A DNA stretch of 64,000 bases, taken from NCBI RefSeq assembly GCF_058153355.1, contig NZ_CM177019.1. One strand, 5' to 3'. Made by a program: the position numbers and the translations under genes. The notes under the pieces are model-generated. The model was not told the origin of the DNA and did no database searches. It saw only the letters and a list, made by a program, of their open reading frames with translations. Below, in pieces: positions 1-14,747 of the stretch; within the stretch, counting starts at the first letter, position 1, and each line of letters starts with the position of its first letter.

Positions 1-671
1 AGCACTTTGTCGCCAACGGTGTCAATTGCCCCAGCCCAGAGTTGTTTTTCCAGAGGACGGGATTCGGCAAACTCATCGCGAGGGAGAATACGGCTGGCAC
101 CTAAACTTTTCAGATATTCATGGGTACTTTCGCGACCGGAAACGGCAACGACCTGATAACCCAACTTATGCAGCAGCGCCACGGCGGTACTGCCGACGCC
201 ACCACTGGCACCCGTTACGACAATCTCGCCGTCCTGCGGGCGAACACCGGCATCTTCCAGCGCCATCACACACAGCATGGCGGTAAAACCGGCAGTACCG
301 ATAATCATTGCTTTACGCGCGTCCAGCCCTTGCGGCATGGCAACCAGCCAGTCACCTTTCACTCGCGCCTGCTCCGCCAGCCCACCCCAGTGGTTTTCAC
401 CAACGCCCCAGCCAGTGAGTAACACGTCCTGACCGGCATGAAAACGCGGATCTTCGCTGGTGCGTACAGTTCCGGCAAAATCGATCCCAGGAATCATCGG
501 AAAATTACGGATGATTTTTCCCTTACCAGTAATCGCCAGCGCATCTTTGTAGTTCAGGCTCGACCAGTGAACATCGACCGTGACATCGCCCTCCGGAAGG
601 TGACTTTCGTCCAGAGTCTGTACCGATGCGAGAGTTTTGCCGTCCTGCTGTTCTAAAAGTAACGCCTGCAT
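1..671 (-). CDS. acuI: MDR-family NADPH-dependent acrylyl-CoA/quinone reductase, N-terminal ~223 codons (3' end runs off the left edge)
   Basis: Manual reverse translation from ATG at 671..669 gives MQALLLEQQDGKTLASVQTLDES... Further in it gives GEIVVTGASGGVGSTAVALLHKLGYQVVAVSGR (Rossmann GxSGGVG). Absent from the ORF track because no stop lies in the window. Position next to csrD matches K-12 yhdH. Confidence 0.85.
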   Translation of the reverse strand, partial: MQALLLEQQDGKTLASVQTLDESHLPEGDVTVDVHWSSLNYKDALAITGKGKIIRNFPMIPGIDFAGTVRTSEDPRFHAGQDVLLTGWGVGENHWGGLAEQARVKGDWLVAMPQGLDARKAMIIGTAGFTAMLCVMALEDAGVRPQDGEIVVTGASGGVGSTAVALLHKLGYQVVAVSGRESTHEYLKSLGASRILPRDEFAESRPLEKQLWAGAIDTVGDKV

Positions 672-822
672 AAGTGGTCCTCATGTGCATGATGGATTGG
701 AAAATAATTTCTGAAGACTATACTCGCTAATGGAAAAGCAAAGCCGATGAAGCGCAATAAATTGCGAGATAAATCTGATTTGCTAGTATGCCCGCTTCCT
801 CACTATCGGAGTTAACACAAGG

Positions 823-2763
823 ATGAGATTAACGACGAAATTTTCGGCCTTTGTTACGCTGCTCACTGGGTTAACAATTTTTGTGACTTTGCTGGGCTGT
901 TCGCTAAGTTTCTACAATGCCATTCAGTATAAGTTTAGTCATCGCGTTCAGGCAGTGGCAACGGCGATTGATACCCACCTTGTGTCGAATGACTTCAGCG
1001 CATTAAGGCCACAAATTACCGAATTAATGATGTCAGCAGATATCGTTCGTGTAGACCTGCTGCACGGCGATAAACAGGTATACACACTGACCAGAAATGG
1101 TAGTTATCGTCCGGTTGGCACCAGCGATCTGTTTCGCGAACTGAGCGTTCCGTTGATAAAGCATCCGGGGATGTCGCTGCGTCTGGTTTATCAGGATCCG
1201 ATGGGCAACTATTTCCATTCGTTGATGACCACCGCGCCGCTCACGGGGGCGATTGGCTTTATCATTCTTATGCTCTTCCTGGCGGTACGCTGGTTACAAC
1301 GGCAACTTGCCGGGCAAGAATTGCTGGAAACCCGGGCTACTCGTATCTTAAACGGTGAGCGTGGCTCTAATGTGTTGGGAACCATCTATGAATGGCCGCC
1401 CAGAACCAGCAGTGCGCTGGATACGCTGCTTCGTGAAATTCAGAACGCACGCGAACAACACAGCCGTCTTGATACGCTGATCCGCTCTTATGCCGCCCAG
1501 GACATGAAAACCGGCCTCAATAACCGACTCTTCTTCGATAATCAGTTAGCAACGTTACTGGAAGATCAGGAAAAAGTAGGTACCCACGGGATCGTGATGA
1601 TGATTCGTCTACCGGATTTCAATATGTTGAGCGATACCTGGGGGCACAGCCAGGTTGAAGAACAGTTCTTCACTCTGACGAATCTGCTGTCGACATTTAT
1701 GATGCGCTACCCTGGCGCACTGCTGGCGCGTTACCACCGCAGTGATTTTGCTGCGCTGTTGCCGCACCGGACGTTAAAAGAGGCTGAGAGCATAGCCAGT
1801 CAGTTAATCAAAGCCGTCGATACCTTGCCGAACAATAAAATGCTCGATCGCGACGATATGATCCACATTGGTATCTGTGCCTGGCGTAGTGGTCAGGATA
1901 CCGAGCAGGTAATGGAACATGCAGAGTCTGCCACGCGTAATGCGGGATTGCAGGGCGGCAATAGCTGGGCTATTTACGATGACTCGTTGCCTGAAAAAGG
2001 ACGCGGTAATGTTCGCTGGCGTACGCTTATCGAGCAAATGCTGAGTCGCGGCGGCCCGCGCCTTTATCAAAAACCGGCGGTTACTCGCGAAGGTCAGGTT
2101 CATCATCGAGAACTCATGTGCCGCATCTTCGATGGTAATGAAGAGGTTAGCTCGGCGGAGTATATGCCGATGGTCTTGCAGTTTGGCTTATCGGAAGAGT
2201 ATGACCGCCTGCAAATCAGCCGTCTGATTCCACTATTGCGTTACTGGCCGGAGGAAAATCTGGCGATTCAGGTTACCGTTGAGTCGCTGATTCGCCCGCG
2301 TTTTCAGCGTTGGCTGCGCGATACGTTAATGCAATGTGAAAGATCGCAACGAAAACGCATAATTATTGAACTTGCAGAGGCCGATGTAGGTCAACATATC
2401 AGTCGTTTACAACCTGTTATTCGTTTAGTGAATGCTTTAGGGGTACGGGTAGCCGTCAACCAGGCTGGTTTGACGCTGGTAAGCACCAGTTGGATCAAAG
2501 AACTTAATGTTGAGTTACTCAAGCTCCATCCGGGGCTGGTCAGAAACATTGAGAAGCGAACGGAGAATCAGCTGCTGGTTCAAAGCCTGGTGGAAGCCTG
2601 CTCCGGGACCAGCACCCAGGTTTACGCCACCGGCGTGCGTTCGCGAAGCGAGTGGCAGACCCTGATTCAGCGCGGTGTTACAGGTGGGCAAGGGGATTTT
2701 TTCGCGTCCTCACAGCCACTTGATACTAACGTGAAAAAATATTCACAAAGATACTCGGTTTAA
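823..2763 (+). CDS. csrD: CsrD, degenerate GGDEF-EAL protein that targets CsrB/CsrC sRNAs for RNase E decay
   Basis: 646-aa ORF with two N-terminal TM segments. The GGDEF site is degenerate (HRSDF) and the EAL site is degenerate (ELM in HHRELMCRIF), as known for CsrD. Synteny is upstream of mreB. Confidence 0.95.
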   Translation: MRLTTKFSAFVTLLTGLTIFVTLLGCSLSFYNAIQYKFSHRVQAVATAIDTHLVSNDFSALRPQITELMMSADIVRVDLLHGDKQVYTLTRNGSYRPVGTSDLFRELSVPLIKHPGMSLRLVYQDPMGNYFHSLMTTAPLTGAIGFIILMLFLAVRWLQRQLAGQELLETRATRILNGERGSNVLGTIYEWPPRTSSALDTLLREIQNAREQHSRLDTLIRSYAAQDMKTGLNNRLFFDNQLATLLEDQEKVGTHGIVMMIRLPDFNMLSDTWGHSQVEEQFFTLTNLLSTFMMRYPGALLARYHRSDFAALLPHRTLKEAESIASQLIKAVDTLPNNKMLDRDDMIHIGICAWRSGQDTEQVMEHAESATRNAGLQGGNSWAIYDDSLPEKGRGNVRWRTLIEQMLSRGGPRLYQKPAVTREGQVHHRELMCRIFDGNEEVSSAEYMPMVLQFGLSEEYDRLQISRLIPLLRYWPEENLAIQVTVESLIRPRFQRWLRDTLMQCERSQRKRIIIELAEADVGQHISRLQPVIRLVNALGVRVAVNQAGLTLVSTSWIKELNVELLKLHPGLVRNIEKRTENQLLVQSLVEACSGTSTQVYATGVRSRSEWQTLIQRGVTGGQGDFFASSQPLDTNVKKYSQRYSV

Positions 2764-2941
2764 CCTGCCGTTTAATCCGTTTTCACGTAGAATAACGCGC
2801 GCTGCGTCTCATGGGAGTGTGCTTGTCTGCTCGCCAGATTGTTGCAGCACATATGCAGATGAATGACCTTACGCGGTTGCAAACAGGCGAGGAATGCTGC
2901 TGATGCATTAAGCCTTTCTGGACTCAGGCAGAGATTTGTAA

Positions 2942-4111
<1,170 letters not shown>

Positions 4112-4176
4112 TCGGATACAGGCAGGGGAAGCGTCTGTTTACCCTGCTTGGTCTGATACGAGAATACGCATAACTT

Positions 4177-5768
<1,592 letters not shown>

Positions 5769-5776
5769 AGGTTTCT

Positions 5777-6370
5777 ATGACTTCTCTGTATTTAGCTTCC
5801 GGTTCTCCGCGTCGTCAGGAGTTACTTGCGCAACTTGGCGTGACCTTTGAACGTATTGTTACGGGCATTGAGGAGCAGCGTCAGCCGCAGGAGAGCGCGC
5901 AGCAATATGTTGTGCGTCTGGCGCGCGAGAAAGCACAGGCGGGTGTCACGCACACGGCGCAGGATCTCCCGGTGCTGGGTGCGGATACTATCGTTATCCT
6001 GAATGGAGAAGTGCTGGAGAAACCGCGCGACGCAGATCATGCGGCGCAGATGTTGCGCAAACTATCGGGTCAGACCCATCAGGTGATGACGGCAGTGGCG
6101 TTGGCCGACAGTCAGCACATTCTCGATTGCCTGGTGGTCACCGATGTGACGTTCAGAACGTTAACAGACGAAGACATCGCGGGCTATGTCGCCAGCGGAG
6201 AACCGTTAGATAAAGCAGGTGCATACGGTATTCAGGGGTTGGGTGGCTGTTTTGTCAGGAAGATAAATGGCAGCTATCACGCCGTAGTCGGCTTACCGCT
6301 GGTTGAAACGTATGAATTATTAAGTAATTTTAACGCACTGCGTGAGAAAAGGGATAAACATGACGGCTGA
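5777..6370 (+). CDS. yhdE: Maf-family nucleoside triphosphate pyrophosphatase
   Basis: 197-aa ORF beginning [14 protein letters not shown], the Maf signature. Synteny is mreD-yhdE-rng. Confidence 0.9.
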   Translation: MTSLYLASGSPRRQELLAQLGVTFERIVTGIEEQRQPQESAQQYVVRLAREKAQAGVTHTAQDLPVLGADTIVILNGEVLEKPRDADHAAQMLRKLSGQTHQVMTAVALADSQHILDCLVVTDVTFRTLTDEDIAGYVASGEPLDKAGAYGIQGLGGCFVRKINGSYHAVVGLPLVETYELLSNFNALREKRDKHDG

Positions 6371-7829
6371 ATTGTTGGTAAACGTAACGCCTTCGGAAAC
6401 GCGAGTGGCGTATATTGATGGCGGTATTCTGCAGGAAATTCATATTGAACGTGAGGCGCGACGCGGAATAGTAGGCAATATCTACAAGGGTCGTGTAAGT
6501 CGTGTACTTCCGGGTATGCAGGCGGCTTTTGTAGATATTGGGCTGGATAAAGCCGCGTTTCTTCATGCATCCGACATCATGCCGCATACTGAGTGTGTGG
6601 CGGGTGAAGAGCAAAAGCAATTCACGGTGCGCGACATCTCGGAACTGGTCCGTCAGGGGCAAGATCTGATGGTGCAGGTGGTGAAAGATCCGCTTGGTAC
6701 TAAAGGTGCGCGCCTGACCACCGATATCACTCTGCCATCTCGCTATCTGGTTTTTATGCCAGGTGCTTCTCATGTTGGGGTTTCCCAACGTATCGAAAGC
6801 GAATCCGAACGTGAACGCCTGAAAAAAGTGGTCGCGGAGTATTGCGACGAGCAGGGCGGGTTTATCATCCGTACTGCAGCGGAAGGTGTTGGTGAGGCTG
6901 AACTGGCCTCCGATGCCGCTTATCTGAAACGTGTCTGGACCAAAGTCATGGAGCGTAAAAAGCGCCCGCAGACCCGTTATCAGCTATACGGCGAACTGGC
7001 GTTGGCGCAGCGTGTTCTGCGTGATTTCGCCGACGCCGAGCTGGACCGCATTCGCGTTGACTCGCGCCTGACTTACGAAGCATTGCTGGAGTTTACCTCG
7101 GAGTACATTCCCGAGATGACCAGCAAGCTGGAGCATTACACAGGCCGCCAACCGATTTTCGATCTCTTTGATGTTGAAAACGAAATCCAGCGGGCGCTGG
7201 AACGCAAAGTTGAACTAAAATCCGGTGGCTATCTGATTATCGACCAGACCGAAGCGATGACCACCGTGGACATCAATACCGGGGCGTTTGTCGGTCATCG
7301 CAATCTGGACGACACCATCTTCAATACCAATATTGAAGCGACGCAGGCTATTGCTCGCCAGTTACGGTTGCGTAACCTGGGCGGGATCATCATTATTGAT
7401 TTCATCGACATGAATAATGAAGATCACCGTCGCCGCGTGTTGCATTCGCTGGAGCAGGCGTTGAGCAAAGACCGGGTGAAAACCAGCGTTAATGGTTTTT
7501 CGGCGCTGGGGCTGGTGGAGATGACGCGTAAACGCACTCGCGAAAGCATTGAGCACGTACTATGTAACGAATGCCCAACCTGTCACGGTCGCGGAACGGT
7601 GAAAACCGTGGAAACGGTATGCTATGAAATCATGCGCGAGATTGTTCGTGTACACCATGCTTACGATTCCGACCGTTTCCTGGTCTATGCTTCTCCGGCA
7701 GTAGCCGAAGCCTTGAAAGGCGAAGAGTCACACTCGCTGGCGGAAGTGGAAATTTTCGTTGGCAAACAGGTTAAAGTACAAATTGAACCGCTCTATAACC
7801 AGGAGCAGTTTGACGTCGTAATGATGTAA
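6360..7829 (+). CDS. rng: Ribonuclease G
   Basis: ORF 6342..7829 trimmed to the ATG at 6360 ([17 protein letters not shown]), giving 489 aa. It has an S1 domain ([23 protein letters not shown]) and an RNase E/G catalytic core. Confidence 0.93.
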
Positions 7830-7896
7830 ACAGATGCTGGGCCGCCATCCGGCAAAGGGTTTTTGAGTCACATTTTTAGCAGACAAGGAGTGACGG

Positions 7897-10800
7897 GTGA
7901 GGCGATTGCCGGGGATTTTACTGCTTACTGGAGCCGCGCTCGTTGTGATCGCTGCCCTGCTGGTTAGCGGCCTGCGTATTGCTTTACCGCATCTTGACGC
8001 CTGGCGTCCGGAAATCCTCAACAAAATAGAATCCGCGACTGGCATGCCGGTAGAAGCCAGCCAGCTCTCAGCCAGCTGGCAGAATTTTGGCCCGACGCTT
8101 GAAGCGCGCGACATCCGTGCAGAGCTAAAAGATGGCGGCGAATTTTCGGTTAAACGCGTTACGCTGGCGCTGGATGTCTGGCAGAGCTTGTTACATATGC
8201 GCTGGCAGTTTCGTGACCTCACTTTCTGGCAGCTGCGCTTTCGCACCAACACTCCTATCACCAGCAGCGGTGGTAATGATAGCCTGGAAGCCAGTCACAT
8301 CAGCGATCTGTTTCTTCGTCAGTTCGACCATTTCGATCTCCGTGACAGCGAAGTCAGTTTCCTGACGCCATCCGGTCAGCGTGCTGAGCTGGCGATTCCA
8401 CAACTCACCTGGCTAAACGATCCACGTCGACACCGTGCGGAAGGCCAGGTAAGCCTCTCCAGCCTTACCGGTCAGCACGGCGTGATGCAGGTGCGCATGG
8501 ATTTGCGCGATGATGAGGGGTTGTTAAGCAATGGTCGAGTCTGGCTCCAGGCGGATGACATCGACCTGAAGCCGTGGCTCGGTAAATGGATGCAGGACAA
8601 TATTGCGCTGGAAACGGCACAGTTCTCCCTTGAAGGCTGGATGACGATCGACAAAGGCGATGTAACCGGCGGTGACGTCTGGCTGAAACAGGGCGGTGCC
8701 AGCTGGTTGGGCGAGAAGCAAACGCATACGCTGTCGGTGGATAATCTGACCGCGCATATTACGCGTGAAAACCCGGGCTGGCAGTTCTCTATTCCCGACA
8801 CACGGATCACGATGGACGGCAAACCCTGGCCGAGCGGAGCATTGACGCTGGCCTGGATACCGGAACAGAACGTTGGCGGCAAAGACAATAAACGCAGTGA
8901 CGAACTCCGGATTCGCGCCAGTAATCTGGAGCTGGCAGGCCTGGAGGGCGTACGCCCGCTGGCCGCGAAACTTTCACCTGCACTTGGTGATGTTTGGCGC
9001 TCCACACAACCGAGCGGCAAGATTAACACTCTGGCGCTGGATATCCCGCTTCAGGCGGCAGACAAGACCCGTTTTCAGGCATCGTGGAGCGATCTGGCCT
9101 GGAAGCAATGGAAATTATTACCGGGTGCGGAACACTTCTCCGGGACGCTTTCCGGCAGCGTAGAAAATGGTTTGCTTACCGCGTCGATGAAGCAGGCAAA
9201 GATGCCTTACGAAACGGTATTCCGTGCGCCACTGGAAATCGCAGACGGCCAGGCTACGATAAGCTGGCTGAACAATGACAAAGGTTTCCAGCTGGATGGG
9301 CGTAATATTGACGTTAAAGCCAAAGCCGTCCATGCGCGCGGCGGTTTTCGTTACCTGCAACCTGCTAACGATGAACCCTGGCTGGGTATTCTGGCTGGCA
9401 TCAGTACCGATGATGGTTCACAAGCCTGGCGCTATTTCCCGGAAAACTTGATGGGTAAAGACCTGGTTGATTACTTAAGTGGCGCGATTCAGGGCGGTGA
9501 AGCGGATAACGCGACGCTGGTTTATGGTGGTAATCCGCAACTCTTCCCCTATAAACACAATGAAGGTCAGTTTGAAGTGCTGGTGCCGCTGCGCAACGCG
9601 AAGTTTGCCTTCCAGCCGGACTGGCCTGCGTTAACGAACCTCGATATTGAACTGGACTTTATTAACGACGGTTTATGGATGAAAACCGATGGCGTTAATC
9701 TGGGCGGTGTGCGGGCCACTGATCTCACCGCAGTGATCCCTGACTACTCGAAAGAAAAACTGCTGATTGACGCTGACATTAAAGGTCCGGGTAAAGCCGT
9801 TGGCCCTTACTTTGATGAGACACCGTTGAAAGATTCTCTGGGTGCGACCCTGCAAGAACTCCAGCTCGACGGCGATGTGAATGCTCGCTTACATCTCGAT
9901 ATTCCGCTAAACGGCGAACTGGTTACCGCGAAAGGTGAAGTGACGCTGCGTAACAACAGTCTGTTTATCAAACCGCTTGATAGCACACTGAAAAATTTGA
10001 GCGGTAAATTCAGCTTTATCAATGGCGATCTGCAAAGCGAACCACTGACAGCAAGCTGGTTTAATCAGCCATTGAACGTGGATTTTTCCACCAAAGAAGG
10101 GACGAAAGCCTACCAGGTCGCGGTGAATCTCAACGGTAACTGGCAACCCGCGAAAACTGGCGTTCTGCCTGCAGCGGTGAACGAAGCATTGAGTGGCAGC
10201 GTGGCGTGGGATGGTAAAGTGGGCATTGAGCTGCCTTATCAAGCTGGCGCGACGTATAACGTAGAGCTAAACGGCGATTTGAAGAATGTGAGCAGTCACT
10301 TACCTTCACCGTTAGCCAAACCTGCGGGTGAACCACTGCCGGTAAACGTTAAGGTTGATGGCAATCTCAACAGTTTTGATTTAACCGGACAGGCTGGTGC
10401 GGATAACCATTTCAATAGCCGCTGGTTGCTTGGTCAAAAGCTGACGCTCGATCGTGCTATTTGGGCGGCAGACAGTAAAACGCTCCCGCCGTTGCCGGAA
10501 CAAAGTGGCGTTGAACTCAATATGCCGCCGATGAATGGTGCCGAGTGGCTGGCCCTGTTCCAGAAAGGTGCGGCGGAGAGTGTCGGTGGTGCAGCGAGTT
10601 TCCCACAACACATAACGTTACGTACGCCTATGTTGTCGCTGGGAAATCAGCAATGGAATAACCTGAGTATTGTTTCGCAACCGACGGCAAATGGCACCCA
10701 GGTTGAGGCGCAAGGGCGTGAAATCAACGCCACGCTGGCGATGCGTAATAACGCGCCGTGGCTGGCGAATATCAAATATCTTTATTACAACCCGAGCGAG

Positions 10801-11697
10801 GCGAAAACTCGTGGTGATTCAACGCCGTCATCACCTTTCCCGACAACGGAGCGCATTAACTTCCGTGGCTGGCCGGACGCACAAATACGATGCGCAGAGT
10901 GCTGGTTCTGGGGGCAAAAATTCGGTCGTATTGACAGTGATCTCACCATTTCTGGCGATACATTAACGCTGACCAATGGACTGATTGATACCGGTTTCTC
11001 GCGGCTCACTGCCGATGGTGAATGGGTTAATAATCCGGGGAATGAACGTACCTCGCTGAAAGGAAAACTGCGCGGGCAGAAAATTGATGCCGCCGCAGAA
11101 TTTTTTGGTGTCACGACGCCCATACGCCAGTCGTCATTTAATGTGGATTACGATTTACACTGGCGTAAAGCACCGTGGCAGCCAGATGAGGCGACGTTGA
11201 ATGGCATCATTCATACTCAACTGGGTAAAGGCGAAATTACCGAAATCAATACCGGACATGCCGGGCAATTGCTGCGCTTATTGAGCGTAGATGCCCTGAT
11301 GCGTAAGCTGCGTTTTGATTTCAGAGACACTTTTGGCGAAGGGTTCTATTTTGACTCCATTCGCAGCACCGCGTGGATTAAAGACGGCGTTATGCACACC
11401 GACGACACGCTGGTGGATGGCCTGGAGGCGGATATCGCCATGAAAGGGTCGGTAAATCTGGTACGTCGCGACCTGAATATGGAAGCGGTTGTCGCACCAG
11501 AGATTTCTGCGACGGTGGGCGTGGCTGCGGCTTTTGCGGTTAACCCCATTGTTGGAGCGGCAGTATTTGCAGCCAGTAAAGTGCTGGGGCCGCTGTGGAG
11601 CAAAGTCTCCATTTTGCGCTATCACATTTCGGGTCCGCTGGACGATCCGCAAATCAACGAAGTGTTGCGCCAACCGCGTAAAGAAAAAGCGCAATGA
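7897..11697 (+). CDS. yhdP: AsmA-like large inner-membrane-anchored envelope protein YhdP (phospholipid transport to the outer membrane)
   Basis: 1266-aa ORF with a GTG start and a single N-terminal TM segment. The length and the rng-yhdP-tldD position match K-12 YhdP. Confidence 0.9.
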   Translation: MRRLPGILLLTGAALVVIAALLVSGLRIALPHLDAWRPEILNKIESATGMPVEASQLSASWQNFGPTLEARDIRAELKDGGEFSVKRVTLALDVWQSLLHMRWQFRDLTFWQLRFRTNTPITSSGGNDSLEASHISDLFLRQFDHFDLRDSEVSFLTPSGQRAELAIPQLTWLNDPRRHRAEGQVSLSSLTGQHGVMQVRMDLRDDEGLLSNGRVWLQADDIDLKPWLGKWMQDNIALETAQFSLEGWMTIDKGDVTGGDVWLKQGGASWLGEKQTHTLSVDNLTAHITRENPGWQFSIPDTRITMDGKPWPSGALTLAWIPEQNVGGKDNKRSDELRIRASNLELAGLEGVRPLAAKLSPALGDVWRSTQPSGKINTLALDIPLQAADKTRFQASWSDLAWKQWKLLPGAEHFSGTLSGSVENGLLTASMKQAKMPYETVFRAPLEIADGQATISWLNNDKGFQLDGRNIDVKAKAVHARGGFRYLQPANDEPWLGILAGISTDDGSQAWRYFPENLMGKDLVDYLSGAIQGGEADNATLVYGGNPQLFPYKHNEGQFEVLVPLRNAKFAFQPDWPALTNLDIELDFINDGLWMKTDGVNLGGVRATDLTAVIPDYSKEKLLIDADIKGPGKAVGPYFDETPLKDSLGATLQELQLDGDVNARLHLDIPLNGELVTAKGEVTLRNNSLFIKPLDSTLKNLSGKFSFINGDLQSEPLTASWFNQPLNVDFSTKEGTKAYQVAVNLNGNWQPAKTGVLPAAVNEALSGSVAWDGKVGIELPYQAGATYNVELNGDLKNVSSHLPSPLAKPAGEPLPVNVKVDGNLNSFDLTGQAGADNHFNSRWLLGQKLTLDRAIWAADSKTLPPLPEQSGVELNMPPMNGAEWLALFQKGAAESVGGAASFPQHITLRTPMLSLGNQQWNNLSIVSQPTANGTQVEAQGREINATLAMRNNAPWLANIKYLYYNPSEAKTRGDSTPSSPFPTTERINFRGWPDAQIRCAECWFWGQKFGRIDSDLTISGDTLTLTNGLIDTGFSRLTADGEWVNNPGNERTSLKGKLRGQKIDAAAEFFGVTTPIRQSSFNVDYDLHWRKAPWQPDEATLNGIIHTQLGKGEITEINTGHAGQLLRLLSVDALMRKLRFDFRDTFGEGFYFDSIRSTAWIKDGVMHTDDTLVDGLEADIAMKGSVNLVRRDLNMEAVVAPEISATVGVAAAFAVNPIVGAAVFAASKVLGPLWSKVSILRYHISGPLDDPQINEVLRQPRKEKAQ

Positions 11698-11771
11698 TTT
11701 GACGAGGGCGCGTAATTGCCCCAATCTCATATGATAATCGTTGCCAAAGGCCAACGAGCCGGAACATAACC

Positions 11772-11806
11772 GTAGGCCGGATAGGGCGTTCACGCCGCAT
11801 CCGGCA
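11772..11806. repeat. REP (repetitive extragenic palindrome) element
   Basis: GTAGGCCGGATAGGGCGTTCACGCCGCATCCGGCA is the canonical E. coli REP sequence. It lies in the yhdP-tldD intergenic region. Confidence 0.75.
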
Positions 11807-11837
11807 GCCGTAAAAAATCCTCTACTGCAGTAACTAA

Positions 11838-13298
<1,461 letters not shown>

Positions 13299-13329
13299 TA
13301 ATTTCAGTATTTTCAGAAGGATAATTAAT

Positions 13330-13391
13330 CCTTCTCCGTGTACGAACGGTCCCCTTGCCCCTCTGTGGAGAAGGTTAGGGGAACCCGTTGG
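13330..13391. repeat. GC-rich nested imperfect palindrome (possibly a Box C-type intergenic repeat)
   Basis: CCTTCTCC (13330-37) pairs with GGAGAAGG (13367-74). AACGGTCCCC (13345-54) pairs imperfectly with GGGGAACCCGTT (13378-89). It is intergenic between the convergent tldD and aaeR. The family assignment is from memory only. Confidence 0.3.
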
Positions 13392-13425
13392 CACAGGTTT
13401 GTACAACGTAACAGTACAATATGAA

Positions 13426-14355
13426 TTACTTCTCTTTCCCGCGCCCGTGCATTTCCTGAAACAATTTACCGACCTCAACAAAATAATCCGTCAGTGAGTT
13501 GATCACGACCTGTACCTTCAGCGGCAGCTTATCTTTTTCGGTATACAACGCATAAACCGGGCGTGGATCTGACTGGTAACGTGGCAGCAGGATCTCGAGT
13601 TCCCCGCGATTGATCTCGTTGATCACCCACATCAGCGGCACGTAGGCGATCCCAGCGCCTGCAGTCAGCCAGCGCACCAGCGTCATCGGATCATTAGTCA
13701 CAAATCTCCCTTGCGGGATCAGGCGAGTCGAGATCCCTTCCGGTGCGATCAGTTCAAATTCATTGTCGGGCCGCACGCTGTATTCAAGCCATGAATGGCT
13801 ACTTAAATCGGCGGGTTTTTCCGGTATGCCGTATTGTGTGAGATAGCTTTTTGCGGCGCACACCACCATTGGCATCGCGCCCAGACGGCGGGAAAACAGG
13901 CTGGAATCTTGCAACGCGCCGACGCGGATCACCACATCCAGACCGTCGGCAATCAGGTCGGGGGCAGGAATTCCGGTAACCAGATTAACGCTCAAACCTG
14001 GGTATTCTTTCAGCATTTTGGCTGTTAGCCCGGCGAGAACATTTTGTGCCATAGTTGAAGAACAGCCAATGCGCAGCGTCCCGATGGGGGTGTTATTGAA
14101 GGCATACAGTTGCTCATGAACATCCTGCACTTCATGAAGCATCCGACGGCAGCCCTGGTAGTAAATTCTACCGGCTTCGGTCAGGCCAATGCTGCGTGTG
14201 CTACGGTTTAACAGCTTTACCTGCAACTCATCTTCCAGTTTTGACACCGTCTGACTGATGGACGAAACGCTCATCTGTAGCTGTCTGGCGGCGGCGGTAA
14301 AAGAGCCAAATTCAACTACTTTGGCAAACACCGACATGCGTTTTAGTCGTTCCAT
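13426..14355 (-). CDS. aaeR: LysR-type transcriptional activator of aaeXAB
   Basis: 309-aa ORF with an N-terminal LysR HTH (FAKVVEFGSFTAAARQLQMSVSSISQTVSKLE). It is divergent from aaeXAB. Confidence 0.92.
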   Translation of the reverse strand: MERLKRMSVFAKVVEFGSFTAAARQLQMSVSSISQTVSKLEDELQVKLLNRSTRSIGLTEAGRIYYQGCRRMLHEVQDVHEQLYAFNNTPIGTLRIGCSSTMAQNVLAGLTAKMLKEYPGLSVNLVTGIPAPDLIADGLDVVIRVGALQDSSLFSRRLGAMPMVVCAAKSYLTQYGIPEKPADLSSHSWLEYSVRPDNEFELIAPEGISTRLIPQGRFVTNDPMTLVRWLTAGAGIAYVPLMWVINEINRGELEILLPRYQSDPRPVYALYTEKDKLPLKVQVVINSLTDYFVEVGKLFQEMHGRGKEK

Positions 14356-14374
14356 TATTCACTCTGACTTAAAA

Positions 14375-14388
14375 GTGATTTAGATCAC
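14375..14388. promoter_or_regulatory. Dyad GTGAT-N4-ATCAC in the aaeR/aaeX divergent region (candidate LysR-type site)
   Basis: The inverted repeat GTGATTTAGATCAC is seen 20 bp upstream of the aaeR start. Function is inferred only from its position in a LysR divergent promoter region. Confidence 0.25.
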
Positions 14389-14536
14389 ATAATATAGATA
14401 ACAGCATAACAGTTACGTTAATATATTAAATATCAATCTACAGCAATGTGCTCTCGCCCGGCTTTCCATGCCCTTCTCTGCGGCGACAGATGCTGAAAAT
14501 AATAACGCCTGCTCTCTCTATACAACCAAGGTCAAC

Positions 14537-14740
14537 ATGAGTCTGTTTCCCGTTATCGTGGTGTTTGGGCTGTCCTTCCCACCGATATTTTTCGAATTGC
14601 TTTTATCACTGGCGATTTTCTGGCTGGTGCGCCGGGTACTTGTGCCAACAGGTATCTACGACTTTGTCTGGCATCCGGCGTTGTTCAACACCGCGCTCTA
14701 TTGCTGCTTGTTTTATTTGATATCGCGACTGTTCGTTTGA
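14537..14740 (+). CDS. aaeX: Small membrane protein AaeX
   Basis: ORF 14468..14740 trimmed to the ATG at 14537 ([23 protein letters not shown]), giving 67 aa and two TM segments. It is the first gene of aaeXAB. Confidence 0.85.
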
Positions 14741-14747
14741 GGTTGAA

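Noticed and set aside
7897-11697. Giant 1266-aa ORF considered as a possible toxin, adhesin or novel system component
   Set aside because: Its sequence, length and rng-yhdP-tldD synteny match the core AsmA-like protein YhdP. There are no repeats, toxin domains or partner secretion genes.
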